Of a stretch of DNA of 64,000 nucleotides, positions 62,747 to 64,000 are shown piece after piece. This stretch comes from an uncultured delta proteobacterium. Its GTDB lineage: Bacteria; Myxococcota_A; Polyangia; Haliangiales; Haliangiaceae. The DNA lies in NCBI GenBank assembly GCA_963848295.1, contig CAWKDB010000010.1, positions 2,272,001 to 2,336,000 on the forward strand. Reading direction: 5' to 3'. The first letter of the stretch is position 1, and each line of letters starts with the position of its first letter. The notes below the pieces were generated by a model that saw only the letters and a program-made list of their open reading frames with translations, ran no database searches and was not told where the DNA came from. The translations under genes and the position numbers were made by a program.

Positions 62747-64000
62747 TCAGAGCATGCCTTGGCCGCGAACCGCGATCAGGTGCTCGGGCCGGCGGTCGCC
62801 GCCGATCGCGCCCTCTTTGTAGAACGTCTCGCTGTAGTTCAGCTGGAGCTTGAAGTAGCGGTTGAAGTACCAGCTCGCTCCGACCGTGACATCCCGAGCG
62901 ACTCGGACCGATGACGTCGCGCTCGTGATCTTCGTGTCGAAGGCATCCGGATCGAGCTCGAGTGCGCCGTACCGGGCCGCGAGCTCGACCGCTCCCCACC
63001 GGCCGTGCCTCGGATCGAACGGATGCACCGGCCGGATCGCGGTGTAGCTCGGATGATCGCCGGGCGTGACCGCGACGCTCACCGCGACCTGCCAGGCTTG
63101 GTCGACGATGCCGGTGTGCGTGCCGCCGAGCGCGATCGGTTCGTGATCGCGAACGTACTCGGCGAGCACCCCGATCGGGCCGCCGTAGTAGTAACCGTGG
63201 ATGGTCTGGCGCGTGCGATAGCCTTCGGCGTGCGCGGTCGTATCGATCGTGTCGGTCGCGCCGCCGCCGGCGTACTTCACGATCGTCTGCTGGCCGTCGC
63301 TCTTGATCGAGGTCAGGCCGGGCGCCGCGAGCGTGCCGTGGGTGTAGCCGAACGTCGTCGCCGCGCCGATCGCGAGATCGCCGAGGCCGGCGAGACCTGG
63401 AGCCTTGAACGGCGAGAACGAGACGTGAAGATCGTACTCGAGCGCGTTGTCGGTCTCGGCTTCGAGCGCGGTCGTGTTGTCGGGAGCGCCGTCGACGATC
63501 GCACCGGAATAAGCGAGGACGCCATGAAACAGCTCGCCGCGCAACGCGACGCCGAGGTCGCGATCGGGCGAGATCTGGGTCGCGAACGAACGTTCGATGA
63601 ACGCGAGATAGGTATCGGACTGCAGCCGCTCGATCCCGAACTGCGCCTTGTCCTTGCCGAAGCGCAACGAGACCTCGGGCACACCGACCTCGAGGTACGC
63701 GTTCTCGACCACGAGCTTGCTCGAGGCGAAATCGAGCAACGTGTAGAGCTTGAAGTAGTCGTACGCCTTGCCGGCGAGCTCGGCGCGCAGCCGCCGGATC
63801 GTCAGGTCGTGACTGCCGCTGTCGTTCGTGAACGCGCGACCGTCGGCTTGGATGTTGCCGCCCGGCGTCAGCTGCAGCGGAACGGAGCTGAGCGGCTCGA
63901 TGCCTTGCGGCGCGGCGATCGGACGGTCGACCGACGTTGGCGGCTCGGGCGGCTCTGGCGCGTCTCGCGGCTGCGTCACATCCGGCGGTGGGCCATCGGG
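62747..64000 (-). CDS. OprO/OprP-type anion-selective porin (5' end may lie beyond the window)
   Basis: IRRLR, GKDKAQFGIE, RDLGV, GAVELAARY, GASWYFN..KLQLNY; frame open to the window edge. Confidence 0.85.
   Translation of the reverse strand, partial: PDGPPPDVTQPRDAPEPPEPPTSVDRPIAAPQGIEPLSSVPLQLTPGGNIQADGRAFTNDSGSHDLTIRRLRAELAGKAYDYFKLYTLLDFASSKLVVENAYLEVGVPEVSLRFGKDKAQFGIERLQSDTYLAFIERSFATQISPDRDLGVALRGELFHGVLAYSGAIVDGAPDNTTALEAETDNALEYDLHVSFSPFKAPGLAGLGDLAIGAATTFGYTHGTLAAPGLTSIKSDGQQTIVKYAGGGATDTIDTTAHAEGYRTRQTIHGYYYGGPIGVLAEYVRDHEPIALGGTHTGIVDQAWQVAVSVAVTPGDHPSYTAIRPVHPFDPRHGRWGAVELAARYGALELDPDAFDTKITSATSSVRVARDVTVGASWYFNRYFKLQLNYSETFYKEGAIGGDRRPEHLIAVRGQGML

Overview
High-GC bacterial chromosomal DNA with a myxobacterial (Myxococcota, Kofleriaceae/Haliangiales-like) gene repertoire. 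This assignment is inferred from the Ser/Thr kinases, Cys-rich CGNG repeat lipoprotein, TPR-PEGA protein and sigma54/ECF regulators. About 55 densely packed genes are present. Housekeeping genes include ssb, uvrC, rseP, ftsK, lolA, gpmI, the PPDK/PEPS regulator, carbonic anhydrase and an OprO/P porin. The window also holds a three-gene glycosyltransferase cluster, two tandem ECF sigma factors with one RskA anti-sigma, a NodC/hyaluronan-synthase-like GT2 with an MFP-like partner, a kinase-STAND/TPR-PEGA/Cys-rich triad and a MocR-EamA pair. I recognised no tRNA, rRNA, CRISPR array or transposase. Beyond ~36.6 kb, 13 apparent single-base insertions break otherwise intact genes (probably read/assembly errors) and create false fusions in the ORF track. 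The most interesting signals are: (1) an ~85-bp palindromic element present once between genes and once in frame inside a GT4 gene; (2) the NodC/HAS-like synthase plus adaptor behind a multi-hairpin leader; (3) a recurrent TAnnnT box 5-9 nt before start codons, suggesting widespread leaderless transcription; (4) an orphan GspN-like/GspC-PDZ fusion lipoprotein.
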